This document shows positions 25,720 to 38,979 of a stretch of 64,000 nucleotides of DNA, in pieces; position 1 is the stretch's first letter; every line of letters starts with the position of its first letter. Source of the DNA: Eledone cirrhosa (taxonomy: Eukaryota). The position numbers and the translations under genes were made by a program. The stretch lies in NCBI GenBank assembly GCA_964016885.1, contig OZ024742.1, forward strand, positions 300,514,001-300,578,000, read 5' to 3'. The notes below the pieces were generated by a model that was not told the DNA's origin, did no database searches, and was given only the letters and a program-made list of their open reading frames with translations.

Positions 25720-26920
25720 ATAATACAGTTGTGATGTAGTTATGGCAGTTGTGATGCTGTTATGACAATTGTGACGTAGTTATGATATAGCTATGACAGT
25801 TGTGATGCTGTTATGACAGCTGTGGCGTAATTATGACAGTTGTGATGCAGTTGTGACAGTTGTGATGTAATTATGATATAGTTATGGCAGTTGTGGTGCT
25901 GTTATGACAATTGTGACGTAGTTGTGACAGTTGTGATGCTGTTATGACAGCTATGACGTAGTTATGACAGTTGTGATGTAGTTGTGACAGTTGTGACGTA
26001 ATTATGATATAGTTATGACAGTTGCAATACAATTTTGATACAGTTGTGATTTAATTATGATACAGTTGTGATATAGTTGTGATTCAGTTATGGCAATTGT
26101 GATGTAGTTATGATATAAGTTATGGCAGTTGTGATGCAGTTGTGACAGTTTTGACGTAGTTATGATATAGCTATGACAGTTGTGATGTAGTTGTGATAGA
26201 GTTATAACAGTTGTGATACAGTTGAGATACAATTATGATACAGTTATGATATAGTTGTGATGTAGTTATGATATAGTTGTGATACAGTTGTGATAGAGTT
26301 GTAAGAGTTGTGATATAATTACGACAGTTGTGATACAGCTTGACGTAGTTGTGATACATTTGTGGTGTAGTTATGATAGTTATGACAATTATGATACAAT
26401 TATGACAGTTGTAATATAGTTACGACAGTTGTGATAAAATTGTGAGGAGTGAGAAAGAGATATAGTTTGATGCAGTTATGATACAGTTGTGATACAGTTA
26501 TGATAGAGCTGTGAGAGTTGTGATATAATTATGAAAGTTATGATACAGTTTTGACGTAGTTATGATATAGGTATGACAGTTGTGATGTAGTTGTGATAGA
26601 GTTATAACAGTTGTGATACAATTATGATGCAGTTGTGATACAATTATGATACAGTTATGATATAGTTGTGATACAGTTGTGATAGAGTTGTAAGAGTTGT
26701 GATATAGCTGTTATGTAGTTATGATTGTTACGACAGTTATGATACAATTATGACAGTTGTAATATAGTTACGACAGTTGTGATACAATTATGACAGTTGT
26801 AATATAGTTACGACAGTTGTGATACAATTATGACAGTTGTGATATAGCTACGATGGAGTTATGATACAGTTATGGCATAGCTATTATGTAGTTACGACGT
26901 AGTTGTGATGTAGCTGTAGT
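25720..26920. repeat. Degenerate 9/11-bp minisatellite (gttatgaca / gttgtgatgta)
   Basis: About 1.2 kb of variant units with higher-order duplications. Confidence 0.92.
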
Positions 26921-27099
26921 GTACATTGCAGTGTATATGTGATGTATGTAGAAATAACAACCATCTCTATAAATTAAAACTATGTTCACTACAATCAACT
27001 TCCTTTATATTTATTTTCTCTGTTCTCCAACCATTTTCCATCCATCTCCTCTTTACTATATATTTTCAATCTCTTTCCTTCCCCTTCTCTTTCAATTCC

Positions 27100-28620
27100 C
27101 CTTCTTTTCCCATACTCTAACTTTTCCCTACATTTTTCCCTCCTTCATTTTTCCTTCCTATCACCCTTCCTTCCATTTTCTCACCTTATCTTCCCCTCTC
27201 TCTCTCATTCTCACTCTCTTGTTCACTCTCTCTCTCTCACTCACTTTCTCTCTTCCCTCTCTCTCTTTCACTCTCTTTCTCTCTCACTCTGTCATTCACT
27301 CTCTCTCATTCTCTCTCTCTTCCCTCTCTCAATTACTCTCACTCATTCCACCTCGCTCTCTCATTCTCACTCTCTCTTTCACTCTCTTTCTCTCATTCTC
27401 ACCCTCTCTTTCACACACTCTCTCTCTCTCTTTTACTCTCTTACTCACTCTCATTCATTCCCCGTCCCTCTCTCTCTCTCATTCTATCACTCTCTCTATC
27501 TCATTCTCACCCTCTCTCTCTCTCTCTTACTCTCACTCATTCCCCCTCGCTTTCATTCCCCCTCTCTCTCTATCTCTCATTTTCTCTTCTCTCTTTCACT
27601 CTCTCTCACATACACACGCACACACGCACACACGCAACACGCACACTTCAAAGTTCTCTAAGAAAATTCCAGAAATCTACTTATCAACTACCCCCACTCC
27701 ACTACACCACACACATTTCTTTATTTTACTGTTTTCTCGTCTGGAAAATTAAACCATCTCCCTATACCACTAGTTCACCTTATTCAGACGGCCGCACCTA
27801 CCTCCATCTACCACAGCCTCCACCACCACCATTATCTACCACCACCACCATTATCATGCGCTATCACCACTACCACTACACAACCACCATCATCCACCAC
27901 TACCAACACCACTACCATACACCACTACCACCACCACTACTACCACTACAACCATGCACTACCACTGTACCCCACCACTACCACCACCACCACCACAACC
28001 ATGCACTACCACTATACAAAACCACTACCACCATCATGTACCCCCACCACTACCATCACTACCACGACGCACGACCACTATACACAGCCAGTACTACCAT
28101 CATGTTCCTCTATTATCATCTGCCCCCTCCCCCACTACCAACATGTACCACCTCCACCATCACCATCTACCATTGACATCACTATCTAATGTCACTACCA
28201 CCACCACAACTATACACAACCATCTACCATCACCATCACCATCACCACCACCACTGCCACCGTCACCGCCGCAACCACACCGCCACCACCGCCACCACCA
28301 ACATCATTCCACTACACCAATATCATTGCAACCACATAGCAACACTCATCAGCAGCAGCATACTACTACTACTACTACCACCACCACCACTACTACCGCC
28401 CCTAATACGTAATTCTACATACACCCTACCAACGCTACACAGCTATATGATATACACCACCATATCATCACACCACACCACACTACCACCATACCACCTC
28501 ACAACCATATAACCACCACCTCACATCCATACCACCACCACCACACCACACCACACTACACCACGCCACCACAAGACCACCTCAAAACCACCACACCACA
28601 CCATGCCACTGTACCACCAC
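27100..28620. repeat. CT-rich then CAC-rich low-complexity tracts
   Basis: (CT)n-like 27100-27640; (CAC/CTA)n-like 27820-28620. Confidence 0.88.
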
Positions 28621-29099
28621 AGTAATTGTATAGTGTACGATCATATATATGGGATTTCTTGTAATGTTCTTTTGTCATATATAGTGTTTTTTAATGTAAA
28701 ATAAAATTATTAGATTCTCCAGCTGCTGTATCAATATGAATAACTTACAATAAAATTTCGTCGGAAATAGATTAGCAAAATTTAATAAGCGAAGCGGGTT
28801 GGAATAAGAGCGGGGAGGGGGTCGGAAAAAATCTGAAAAATTAATAAGCGGTAGGGAGGGGGACGATTATTCAAGACCTGAGAGTAAGTAGTTAAGCATT
28901 CTACAGGCACGTGTACCTTTAACGCGACACCCTGTGTGGCAATGTTGGCTCTTTGAATTTCAGATACAATCCATCTGATGAATTTCCAAACAGTATAAGT
29001 GAGTGCGCTACTTCACTGCTATGAAATATATTCATTAATATCGATGAAATAAGAACAAATTGACGGAATTACCCTCTTCTAATTCGAAGGAAATAAATC

Positions 29100-32000
29100 G
29101 CTCATCTGGGACGTGACATGCTGTGACACATTCTCCGCCTCCAGCTTAGTTGCTTCAGCCACAAACCCCGGTATCGCGGCCTGCAATGCAGAGTACAGGC
29201 AGACAAGCAAATACCTGGGTTTGTCTGGTCGCTTCCTCTTAGCATCGATCCCGTCGAGACCTCAGGCGTCCTCGGACCTCGTACTACCGAGTAAAATCGG
29301 AATATCAGCAGCCCGTCTGAGGAAGGAACACCATGAGGTGGGGTGGCTGTTGTAGCGGGTGTCGCTGACCCTTCTCCGTGGAAATGCCTTTAGTGTGCTG
29401 CTAGACCCGGGGTTATTTACTCGAGTAAATACCACCGGAATCTAACTACTAAGTTGTTTAAGGAAAGATAAGAGATTTCATTTAACACCATGTCGAGTGA
29501 GAGTTAATTTCTCAACACAAAGTTAATGATAAAAACGCTGGCAGTATCTCAAAACGAGTATCAAAATTAAATCTTCATTTATTGGTGCTCCTTGTTACAA
29601 GTGTGGTTAGTAAATATTCTTCTACATATTAAGTATTCCAGGTCCATAGTGTGTGATTAGAGAGAAGATAACATACTCGTGTCCTGTGTTGTCAATCCGA
29701 AAGGAAAGCGCCAAAAGAGAGTATACCTTTGGCGTAACCACGCCTGGCCCAAGGCCAGGCAGCCAAAAGGTGAAAAGAGAAAAATTGATTTTGGTTGACA
29801 CTATTTATATCCTTTTACAAAGAAGATTCTAGAATTTCGACGGGAAGTAACTCTAGCTACTTCCCTTGTCTAGAGAGCGCTACAAGACTCCCCTCCAAGA
29901 CGAGAAGTCGAATAACCAAATGAAATTATTGTAGCGAGAACACGAAGAGCAAAACAAAAGGTACAAGAACATGAATGAATCAAACATGAGAAAGCAAATA
30001 GCAAAAATAAGCATAAAACAATTAATGCATTTTTACAACTAAATGCAAAGAGTTGAGTTGAGTTTAGATAACATGTCAAACAAACAGTAACAAACAAAAT
30101 TAAGAGTTTTAAGCAGAGGAATGCACGGTCTACTGGCAAGTAGCTTTGCTACAATACCCCTGTTTAGACCAGAAGGGTGAAAAATAAGAAAAGGTGAATT
30201 CGGACACGTCACCAGTGTGAAAACGCTGAAAAAGAGCACATCAACCAAAAAAATGAATGAATGAATGAATGCAAGAAGAAAATTATGAATGAGACGCTAA
30301 GAGGCCAGTGTTATGTATGCCGCTGTGTCAAATGACTGGCTGTTTGCTATTTATAACATGACCACCCAGGGTTTAATAGAAAACAAATAAAGTCTGACAT
30401 GGGCGAAAATGTGCAAAATGTTTTCAAAGTTGTTGTTGGCGGTGGTGGTAAAAGTATGAAACTACCACTTCTGTTATGTTGCTGTGAAATCGCCGTTGGT
30501 GTTGTGGCTGTAGTTGTTGTGGTAAATGTTTTACCAGTAGCTGTTGTCAATGATGATGCTGTTCATGGTAAGTGGTTTACTAGAGCTGTTGTGGTAGTCG
30601 TTGGTGACGTAATTGTAACTGTGATACTGCTATCCGTAGAGGTGGTAGTTGCAGCGGTATAAGTATAAAGCTGTCACTATGTATGTGAACCCACGACTAA
30701 CGGGCCATGGACCAACAATATCCATGGACCAACAATATCCATGTGTATATGACGGAAACGTGCGTCTGGCGGGCTGAATTTCCCAAGAGGAGCGCGGACA
30801 TGCCGATGAATCTTAGAGCACTGACACTTCAAGCAAGAACGTGCCCAATAAGCATCGAGCCGTAATAAGCTTCACCGTGGCAGCTATGCATGGATGTGAC
30901 AAGGAATGAAGTGCATCAAAAACGGTACGCTGATGGCAATCTGGAACAAGTGGTCTGGGTGAGCCAGTAGAAATATCGCAGAGAATGTTTCCTTCAGCGG
31001 ATGGAAGAGGTAAATAATCAAACTTACAGCAGGAGAAACTGGTCAGAAGAAATATTCAGCGAATCCAAAGTAGGTTCGTCAGTGTTAAAGAAAAACAGTT
31101 GAGCGCAGTGATCTGAGTAAGTCCAGATGAGCAGTTGTTGATCTGAGTGAGTCCAGATAAGTTTCTTTTAAGTAGCTGACCGCAGAACGAACGTGCATAA
31201 AAATGCCCAGCAAGTGACGTCAATTTACGATGCAAGGTGTCGCAATTTTTTTACTGGCATTAATAAAGTAGTTCGTGGCCGAACTATTCTTTGAGATGAA
31301 TAGCAATGAGTGTGTTGGTAAAATCCACCGCGCGGGAAAATGACGAAACAAAGAAGACAAGATGGCTGCTCGAAAATGAAAGAGGAAGGCAGCAGTCGCC
31401 ATATTGGTTGTTGGTCTTAAACAAAAGCTTGGTTGAACGAGAAAGACACGAGGTGCAAAAATCTTTTTTTTTTATTTTTCTTTACGTCGGGTCACCATTT
31501 TAGTGTACTGCTAGACCCGGGGTTATTTACTCGAGTAAATATCACCGGAATCTAACTACTCAGTTTTTTAAGGAAAGATAAGAGATTTCACTTAACACCA
31601 TGTCGAGTGAGAATTAATTTCTCAACACAAAGGTAATGATAAAAACGCTGGCAGTATCTCAAAACAAGTATCAAATTTAAATCTTCATTTATTGGTGCTC
31701 CTTGTTACAATTGTGGTTAGTAAATATTCTTCTACATATTAAGTATTCCAGGTCCATAGTGTGGAATTAAAGAGAAGATAACATGCTCGTGTCCTGTGTT
31801 GTCAATCCGAAAGGAAAGCGCCAAAAGAGAGTATACCTTTGGCGTAACCACGCCTGGCCCAAAGAAGGTTCTAGAATTTCGACGGGAAGTAACTCTAGCT
31901 ACTTCCCTTGTCTAAAGAGCACTACATGCCTTTGCAGTTTTGTCCGCGGGACGCAGCCGAAACACCACCCGATCTAGGAGTAGAGTCTTTCACCCTCTCC

Positions 32001-32220
32001 TCTTCCCCCTCCTTTTTCCGTTACCTAATAGTCCTTGCTCTTTCCCTACTTTTCTTCTCATTTATGGCATTTATAGTCCTTTCCTTTACTTTCTTATACA
32101 GCCAGATATGCCCTTATTTACCTTTCCCCCTTTTTTCGTTACATAATTTTGTTTTTATCTTTTTTAATATTTCCATCATTGTATAACATTTGTTTGTAAA
32201 ATATAGTTGACATAAAATAA
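29100..32220 (+). mobile_element. CRE-like non-LTR 3' fragment, interrupted at 29388/31927 by an LTR element
   Basis: LIWDVTCCDTFSAS..AACNAE..KYLGL..ETSGVLGP..LLRGNA then resumes after the LTR as tgcctttgcagttttgtcc; 3' end tgtaaaatatagttgacat matches the 9228-9840 copy. Confidence 0.75.
29389..31926 (-). mobile_element. Internally deleted Gypsy-type LTR retrotransposon
   Basis: LTRs 31499-31926 (5') and 29389-29884 (3'); TGTAG starts; tgcc TSD; PBS TGGTGACCCGACGT (tRNA-Trp-like) at 31484-31497; PPT ggaggggagtct at 29885-29896; integrase remnant ILCDISTGSPRPLVP..VFDALHSLSHP..MDIVGP..SRGFTY at about 30670-31000. Confidence 0.9.
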
Positions 32221-32404
32221 AATTAAAAAAACTATTGAAAGCAAAACAGAATTATGAAGCTATTAGAGAGTATCAAATATTACTTTTGCATCATATATGC
32301 AAGGTATTAGAAATGTTCTCACTAATTTCCGGTTAGCTAACACATATAAATAGACTAACGCAACATATGACAAATCATCATCAACCCTCAACACAAATAT
32401 GACA

Positions 32405-32725
32405 AATAATGGTTTCTGATTTAGGCACAAGGTCAGAAATTACCCAGTACATTACTGGTACTTTATTTTATCGACCCTGTAAGGATGAAAGGTAAAGTTA
32501 ACCTCGGCGGGATTTGAACTCAGACCATAAAGGACCGTAACTCTTTGCTGCAAAGCATGGCGTCCGACAAATAACAAATAATTGTTTCTACTTTTGGCAC
32601 AAAGCCACCAATTATTCCAGTGCATTACTGGTACTTTATTTTATCGACCCCGTAAGGATGAAAGGCAAAGTTAACCTCGGCGTTTCATCCTTACGGGGTC
32701 GATAAAATAAAGTACCAGTAATGCA
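32405..32725. mobile_element. Meta-type SINEs, the second with a fold-back
   Basis: - copy 32405-32568; second copy 32578-32681 followed directly by its reverse complement 32683-32725. Confidence 0.85.
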
Positions 32726-33307
32726 AATGATACAAATAAAATCGTATCATTCTTCCAATGTTGAAAGTTGAATGCTTACTTTGAAATGGATACATAAAAA
32801 TATGAAATTTGAAGACAAAATAGATTCAACAATAAAAACACATAACTATCTGTCGTAGAGTTAATAAAAATAGAGGACAATATAAATATTATCAATATCA
32901 ACCAAATAATATGTGCAGTAGTTGACGGTAGTTACAAATATAGTGAGTGTGTCTCAGATAAGGTCCCTGAAGGAACATGAAAATACCATGAAAACAAGAT
33001 GGAAAACACAGAAGAAACATAGAAGTTAAGAAAATATATATAGAAACAATTATTATTGTTATGATTATTATTATATACTTTATACCAAACTGTTTGTAGA
33101 ATGGAATTGATTCAAAGTGTAAGATGTAAGATTTTAACGACAGATTCCTTGATCTTTTCTATTTCAGTACTTCATAGATATATATCACGTTGATCACCTT
33201 GACTGACCAGTCGGTCTGGCGTCCATTCGGTACTCATTTCTACAGCTGAGTAAACTGGAGCAACGTGAAATAAAGTGCCTTGCTCAAGGAAACAACACAT
33301 CACCCGG

Positions 33308-33362
<55 letters not shown>

Positions 33363-33367
<5 letters not shown>

Positions 33368-33535
33368 GCTTTCACCATATTTTTGACTAAAGAAATTTTA
33401 GCCTGATAGTAGGGTTTAGAACCCTCAGATAAATGGAAAAAGATGAGTATTGACGTACATGTATGTCAATACTCATTTTTTTCCATTACTATCAGGCGAA
33501 AATTTCTTTAGTCAAAAATACGGTGAAAGTTTCTA
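33363..33535. repeat. Near-perfect palindromic cassette between (TA)n tracts
   Basis: tagaagctttcacc..gcctgatagt / actatcaggc..ggtgaaagtttcta with central tgacgtacatgtatgtca; no hammerhead core visible. Confidence 0.8.
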
Positions 33536-33580
33536 TTTCTAATTTCAAACTTGCTCACTGTTTCAAAACAAACATACTTA

Positions 33581-33639
<59 letters not shown>

Positions 33640-33641
<2 letters not shown>

Positions 33642-34330
33642 CGAAGGAAATGTGGTAAGGAACCAGGTGGACCATAACGCACCAAAGTACTCAATACTTA
33701 GGGTAGTAGAGTGGGTAATAGGAACCAGTAAGACCCCGACGGCTGAGCTCAAGCCGTTTCGACGGCTAATTCTGGACTAAATGAAAATTTATCCTGGTAT
33801 TTAAATAGCCGAGCTTCTCAAGGGGTAATTCCATATATGGTCAAAGTGATTGTCAAAAGTCAGTAGTAATTCTGTGATTGCAAATTAGTAGGGGAGATGG
33901 TGGCTAAACCTGCCAGTAGGAGAAAAATGGGGAGGGGGTGGAGTAGACCCAATCATGCGTTGGTAGTGCCATCTACAGCTGGGCATGAGGTCAAAGAAGA
34001 TACTGGGGAGGGGGAGGGGGAGGAAGTCGAAACGGTAGGTAGAACAATGAGGGGTAAAAATATATATATGAAAGAAAAAATACTGAGAGTGATGAAAAGC
34101 GAATAAGTGTAAAGAAAAAAGAGTATAAAAGCAAGTTCTACGACGTAAGTCTCTAGCTATTGTTAGGCTAGATAAATAAATAAATAAAGAAAGAAAGAAA
34201 TAAAGAAATAACGAAATAAGTAAATAAACTAGGTGGGACGGAATAGGCAAGGACCCTTTTAAGAGGTATAAGTACGTAAATCATACGGTGACGAGTCAAC
34301 AAATGGGGCCAAAATACTAAAGAAACTACC
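33640..34330 (-). mobile_element. Penelope-type terminal repeat family B with U3-A8 variant hammerhead (33733-33826)
   Basis: acccc TTGAGAA gctcggcta..tagccgtc GAAACggct-tgagctc-agccGTC ggggt; end fragments recur at 24480, 54650, 59781 and 61468. Confidence 0.75.
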
Positions 34331-34652
34331 ACGAAATAAATAATAAAGGTATCTATCCCGGGCACAAGGCCAGCAACCACCCAGTGCAGCAAAGTAAACT
34401 AGTACGAGATAATAATTCTGAGTCCCGAAAAAAATAGCTAAACGGGTCAAACAAAATGAGATATGATTGAAATATTTACCCGGACCCTCGGGAAGATGGA
34501 ATACTCCGACATTTAAAGGTTAAACAAGGTTCAATGAATAAATCAAAGAATGAGTTTTACAATAGATTGGAAGCACTCAACAGTTTGGTTTTCCGGAGTT
34601 ATTAATATTAATTCAAAATATTAACAAAAATAGACAGTCGTGTGATCAAGTA

Positions 34653-34719
34653 TATTTTATTATACATATTTCAGAGGTACTGAGCTATCTTCAACAGTAC
34701 GTCCTCATCAGATAAAATA
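34653..34719 (-). ncRNA. Type I hammerhead ribozyme (family C, AUA site)
   Basis: tattttat CTGATGA gga-c-gtactg..cagtac-c-tct GAA ATATGTAT A ataaaata; perfect 8-bp stem I. Confidence 0.8.
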
Positions 34720-34773
34720 AGATGATGCATGACATACCCTGACTTAGTAGATGGTTAAGATTCAGTCGTGGTA

Positions 34774-34855
<82 letters not shown>

Positions 34856-34934
34856 ATATATATATAAGTAGAAGGGATATTTAATTTGTTGGAAATCCAA
34901 CAAATATCAATGTTTATAACTGATTCAGAGCATT

Positions 34935-35199
34935 CAATGATATTAAATAAATGGAAACTATATTTATAAAACCATATTTATTCTATTATATATATTTCAA
35001 GGGTACCAAAAAACTTTGGTACGCTTTCATCAGATAAAATACAAAGTATGATCTTCCTTGGCTATGTCAAAATCTATAAAACATTCTTTGTATTTTATCT
35101 GATGAAAGCGTACCAAAGTTTTTTGGTATCCTTGAAATATATATAATAGAATAAATATGGATGGTTTTATAAATATAGTTTCCATTTATTTAATATCAT

Positions 35200-35201
<2 letters not shown>
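34935..35201. mobile_element. Family C tail-out hairpin cassette with an intact-core hammerhead on each strand
   Basis: Arms 34935-35046 and 35086-35201; + motif 35091-35153 tattttatCTGATGAaag..cttGAAATATATATAatagaata and its mirror at about 34978-35041. Confidence 0.85.
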
Positions 35202-35237
<36 letters not shown>

Positions 35238-35238
<1 letters not shown>

Positions 35239-35939
35239 TAGCAGCAGTACCCAGCGTTGCCTGGGTAGATAAAATAATATCTGCTTTGATGAAAAGGTGT
35301 TGATCTTAGCGACTGCTTCTCAATGACTCATCTATGGCCACGCATAGGCCATGCGATGGAGAGTGGTGGAGTCGAAAAGGCGGAAATTTGAGCGAAAAGG
35401 TGGTATTTTCGAATATTTAAGCGGCTACCACGCCGTTCCTGAACAAACTATCCAAAATGTAAAGCCACTTTAAGACGTGAAATAATCAGATCTAGCGTAG
35501 TGTAAAATTTGAACAAAGTAGGTTGATTAATGTGGGAGCTAGAGCCGAAAAAGTGGAAATTTGAGTCTAAAAATGGTATTTTTGAATATTTAAGCGGCTG
35601 CCAGGCCGTGCCTGATCAACAAATGCAAAATTACAGGATGTGCAATGATAAATTCTATTTTGCTTTAAAATTTGAACGAACTCGGTGGCAAAATGTGGAA
35701 GCTAGAGCCAAAAATCTTATTTTTCGATACCTTAAAAAAGGTGACCCCTTATCGATTTTCATCTGCAGAATGACCCCGGAATAAAAAAAAAACGATATGC
35801 TGATATATAGAAAACACTCCCCGATGACTAATCTATGCGCCTGTAAAGTTTCATGAAAATCGGTCGTAAGATGTAGGCCCCTATAGGTAATACACAGACA
35901 CACAGACACACACACACATACTTAATTTTATATATATAA

Positions 35940-35940
<1 letters not shown>
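35238..35940 (-). mobile_element. Non-autonomous Helitron
   Basis: 3' hairpin acccaggcaacgctgggt plus CTAG; 5' end TTtatatatataaaatt (TC degenerate). Confidence 0.7.
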
Positions 35941-36026
<86 letters not shown>

Positions 36027-36146
36027 ATGGTAGCTATGATGCTTCCATAGGCGGTATGCCGGTTGAGCACTCTATGTTCTTACATAGCAGAGCGTGATAT
36101 AATATAAAACGAAAAATCAGTGATGCATCTGGACTCAATTTATTGT

Positions 36147-36235
36147 GTGTTACAATTGTTTCGCCGGCAGACAGCTCGAGACACGATCATTGTATGGATC
36201 TGTCTGGTTCTGGAAACTGCAGGTTCTTCGGACAC
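36147..36235 (-). ncRNA. Hammerhead motif (U4C core variant)
   Basis: gtgt CCGAAGA acc-t-gcag..ctgc-c-ggc GAA ACAATTGT A acac. Confidence 0.65.
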
Positions 36236-36334
36236 TGGCAATAATTCCGGATCAAAGCTTCTCACTGGGGTGTTAGCGTCAAAAAACATCTTCCTCGCTT
36301 GTCCTGCTGTTGGCTGTTGTTTTGCTACGTCATC

Positions 36335-36439
<105 letters not shown>

Positions 36440-36899
36440 CAATTCCACACAATTTTACAAACAGCCAGGTAACAGAGAAGATAGAAATCAAGGAACTGAA
36501 GGATTTATAGGTAGAAGTATGGAGGAAAATGTTCAAAACAAGATACGTAATATCTGAGCGAGCAATCGTTGAAGTCTACATCAACTCAAGAACGGGCTTC
36601 ACGAAAGATGAACAAATGGAAGAAACGAAAAATTGATAAGGTTCCAAATTCTGAATGAAATATTTAATAAGCACTCATAAAATGGTTGCAGTAAAAAAAT
36701 AGTACAAAAAATGTAATATAGGAATGAAACTATATCTAGTAAACAATAAAAATAAATTAGACACATAGCTATGTTAAGGGGATTAAAAAAACTAGCCCCG
36801 CGCACGTTTTCTGTCACTGTATATTCATTTACAACCAATAAATTTTAAAGTTCATGAGAGGGCAGATATAACATCAGAGAAGACAAAACTCCAATGAAA

Positions 36900-37330
36900 G
36901 CTCCAGCACCGTGGTTCGTACAAACATATCCAGGAACAATTTCATGTATTTTTGGAACGGTCAAATCTCCGTTCAAAGCCAATATGAAAAACTAGGTGTA
37001 GTGGTTTGAGATCTATGAGACGGTGGAAAACCACAATACAATGTCTGAGGACTGTCACACTCACTCTGGACAATGTGGAAGCGTACACAGGAGAGTCTGT
37101 TAAACAGAACCCAAAATGATCACTGTGTAGGAAAAGCCAATCCTTGGGTCTTTCCACAGAAACTTGCAGAAGAGTTGTCAAAGAGGATCTTAAGAAATAC
37201 CCAACAGAATACAAACTAAACAAAGCTTACTGTAGCTGATAAGGCCAAGAGAAAGGCTATGACTGAGAAAATGCTGGAAATGAGGGAAAACAACCTAAAA
37301 TTAAACACTCTGCTAAAAATGTAACTTCAG
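36900..37330 (+). mobile_element. Degenerate Tc1/mariner transposase N-terminal fragment
   Basis: Translates with breaks to ESVKQNPK*SLCRKSQSLGLSTETCRRVVKEDLKKYP, an HTH region typical of this superfamily. Confidence 0.5.
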
Positions 37331-37489
37331 TGTATCATCCTAAGACGATGGCAAGATAAACCCCTTCCTGGCCAATACCTGACAAAACTGGGCTAACAAA
37401 AACTGAATGAAGAAAAAAAAAATCAAATTGGCTGAAAAGTGCAAGATTCAAAGCGGAGGTGAAGTAGTAATTATCAAAAGCATATAATG

Positions 37490-37703
37490 GTTTCAGGCTT
37501 AGGAACAAGGCGAACAATTTGAGGGAGGGAAAAATTCATTAAATCGACCCCAGTGCGTTACAGGTACTTTATTTTATTGACCGCGTAAGGATGAAAGGCA
37601 ACGCTAACCTTGGAGGGATTTGAACTCAGAACGCAAAAGGACGTAATTATATGCTACAAAGCATGTTATCCGACGCTCTATCGATATTGCCAATCCATCG
37701 CCC
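37490..37703 (-). mobile_element. Meta-type SINE
   Basis: A/B boxes and the Meta domain. Confidence 0.8.
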
Positions 37704-38979
37704 TTACAAATCAAAAGCAAAAAAAATGTATCAGAATATAAAACATAACATCAGAATATCTGTAATTTATGAAGATCAATGACACTGTCTCTAGCTACTA
37801 AGTGTTAGTCAAAATAGATTTTTATATACATATATGACAGAGCTTGGGATTTCATATTCCGGAAATGAAGCCGGCATTATGAAATACCAACAAAAAAGAG
37901 ACTATACCAGAAAATGTTGCAGCGGATGACAAATTGACCATACTTATTGATATGAAAGCAGGAAAATTAAGTCAAATCGATTGGATATTATTGTCAAAGA
38001 TTATCAGGAAAATAAATAGTTATTGTGTTGTATGAATTTTAACAGATATTTCTAAACAAAATGTAGAGTCTATTCAAATATTAAGATATAAAAATAGAAA
38101 TAACTAGAATGTGGAGATTGAAAACGTACACAATCCCTGTAATAAGTGTGTTGTAAATTGATAGGAAAATGCAAGCAAATGCATAACCAAAATCCTAAGA
38201 CATGCAACATACAAAAAATAACATTACTAGACATGTAATACACCTTATGTAGAATATTTTCAATATAAGAAGAAATGAACTGCATGGAACACAGCACTGT
38301 GCTTAGTAGAGTAGTGAAAGTGGGTAATAAAATAAATCTACTAAAATAATATATACACATCATTTTACGTGAGTGTCCGTGTGATGAAATCATCTGGTGG
38401 GCATGAGTAGTACTTTATTTAAAAAGGGACAATAGAAGAAAGTTTTACTACACGCAAGTACTCATAGTTAAGCAGAAAATCCCTCAAAAAGATGATCTTG
38501 ACATATCTAAGAATACTACTCAATGAGCTTTATTGTATTCGACTCAGGATTGTAAAATTTATGTCATTCGAAAACTGTATTTTGTCTCAATATTGTGACA
38601 CAATTGGTAAAGATCCAAATCAATTCCATCTGTTCGACCTGAGCTGAACTGGAATAACACAACAATAACAACCTCTATAATAGCGGTTATATATATAAGA
38701 GAAAATATGAAACTATTTCAATTCATATACGTCACTAATACCATTGAGAAAAACATGAACGTCACACAAACTCACCACATCACCTCTCCATGTAAATATA
38801 AATCTGAGGTATTGTGTCAGTGTAAGATATCAATTAAATGAAAGCTGACTAGACTACCTTTTCTGGAATACAAGTTACTCATCAGAACACTCAAAGCTTC
38901 TTCTCTAGCGATATCTATATCTAAGGCCGAAACCCATCATTCAATAAATGGGGAAATCCAAAATTGTTTTCGTACTCAC

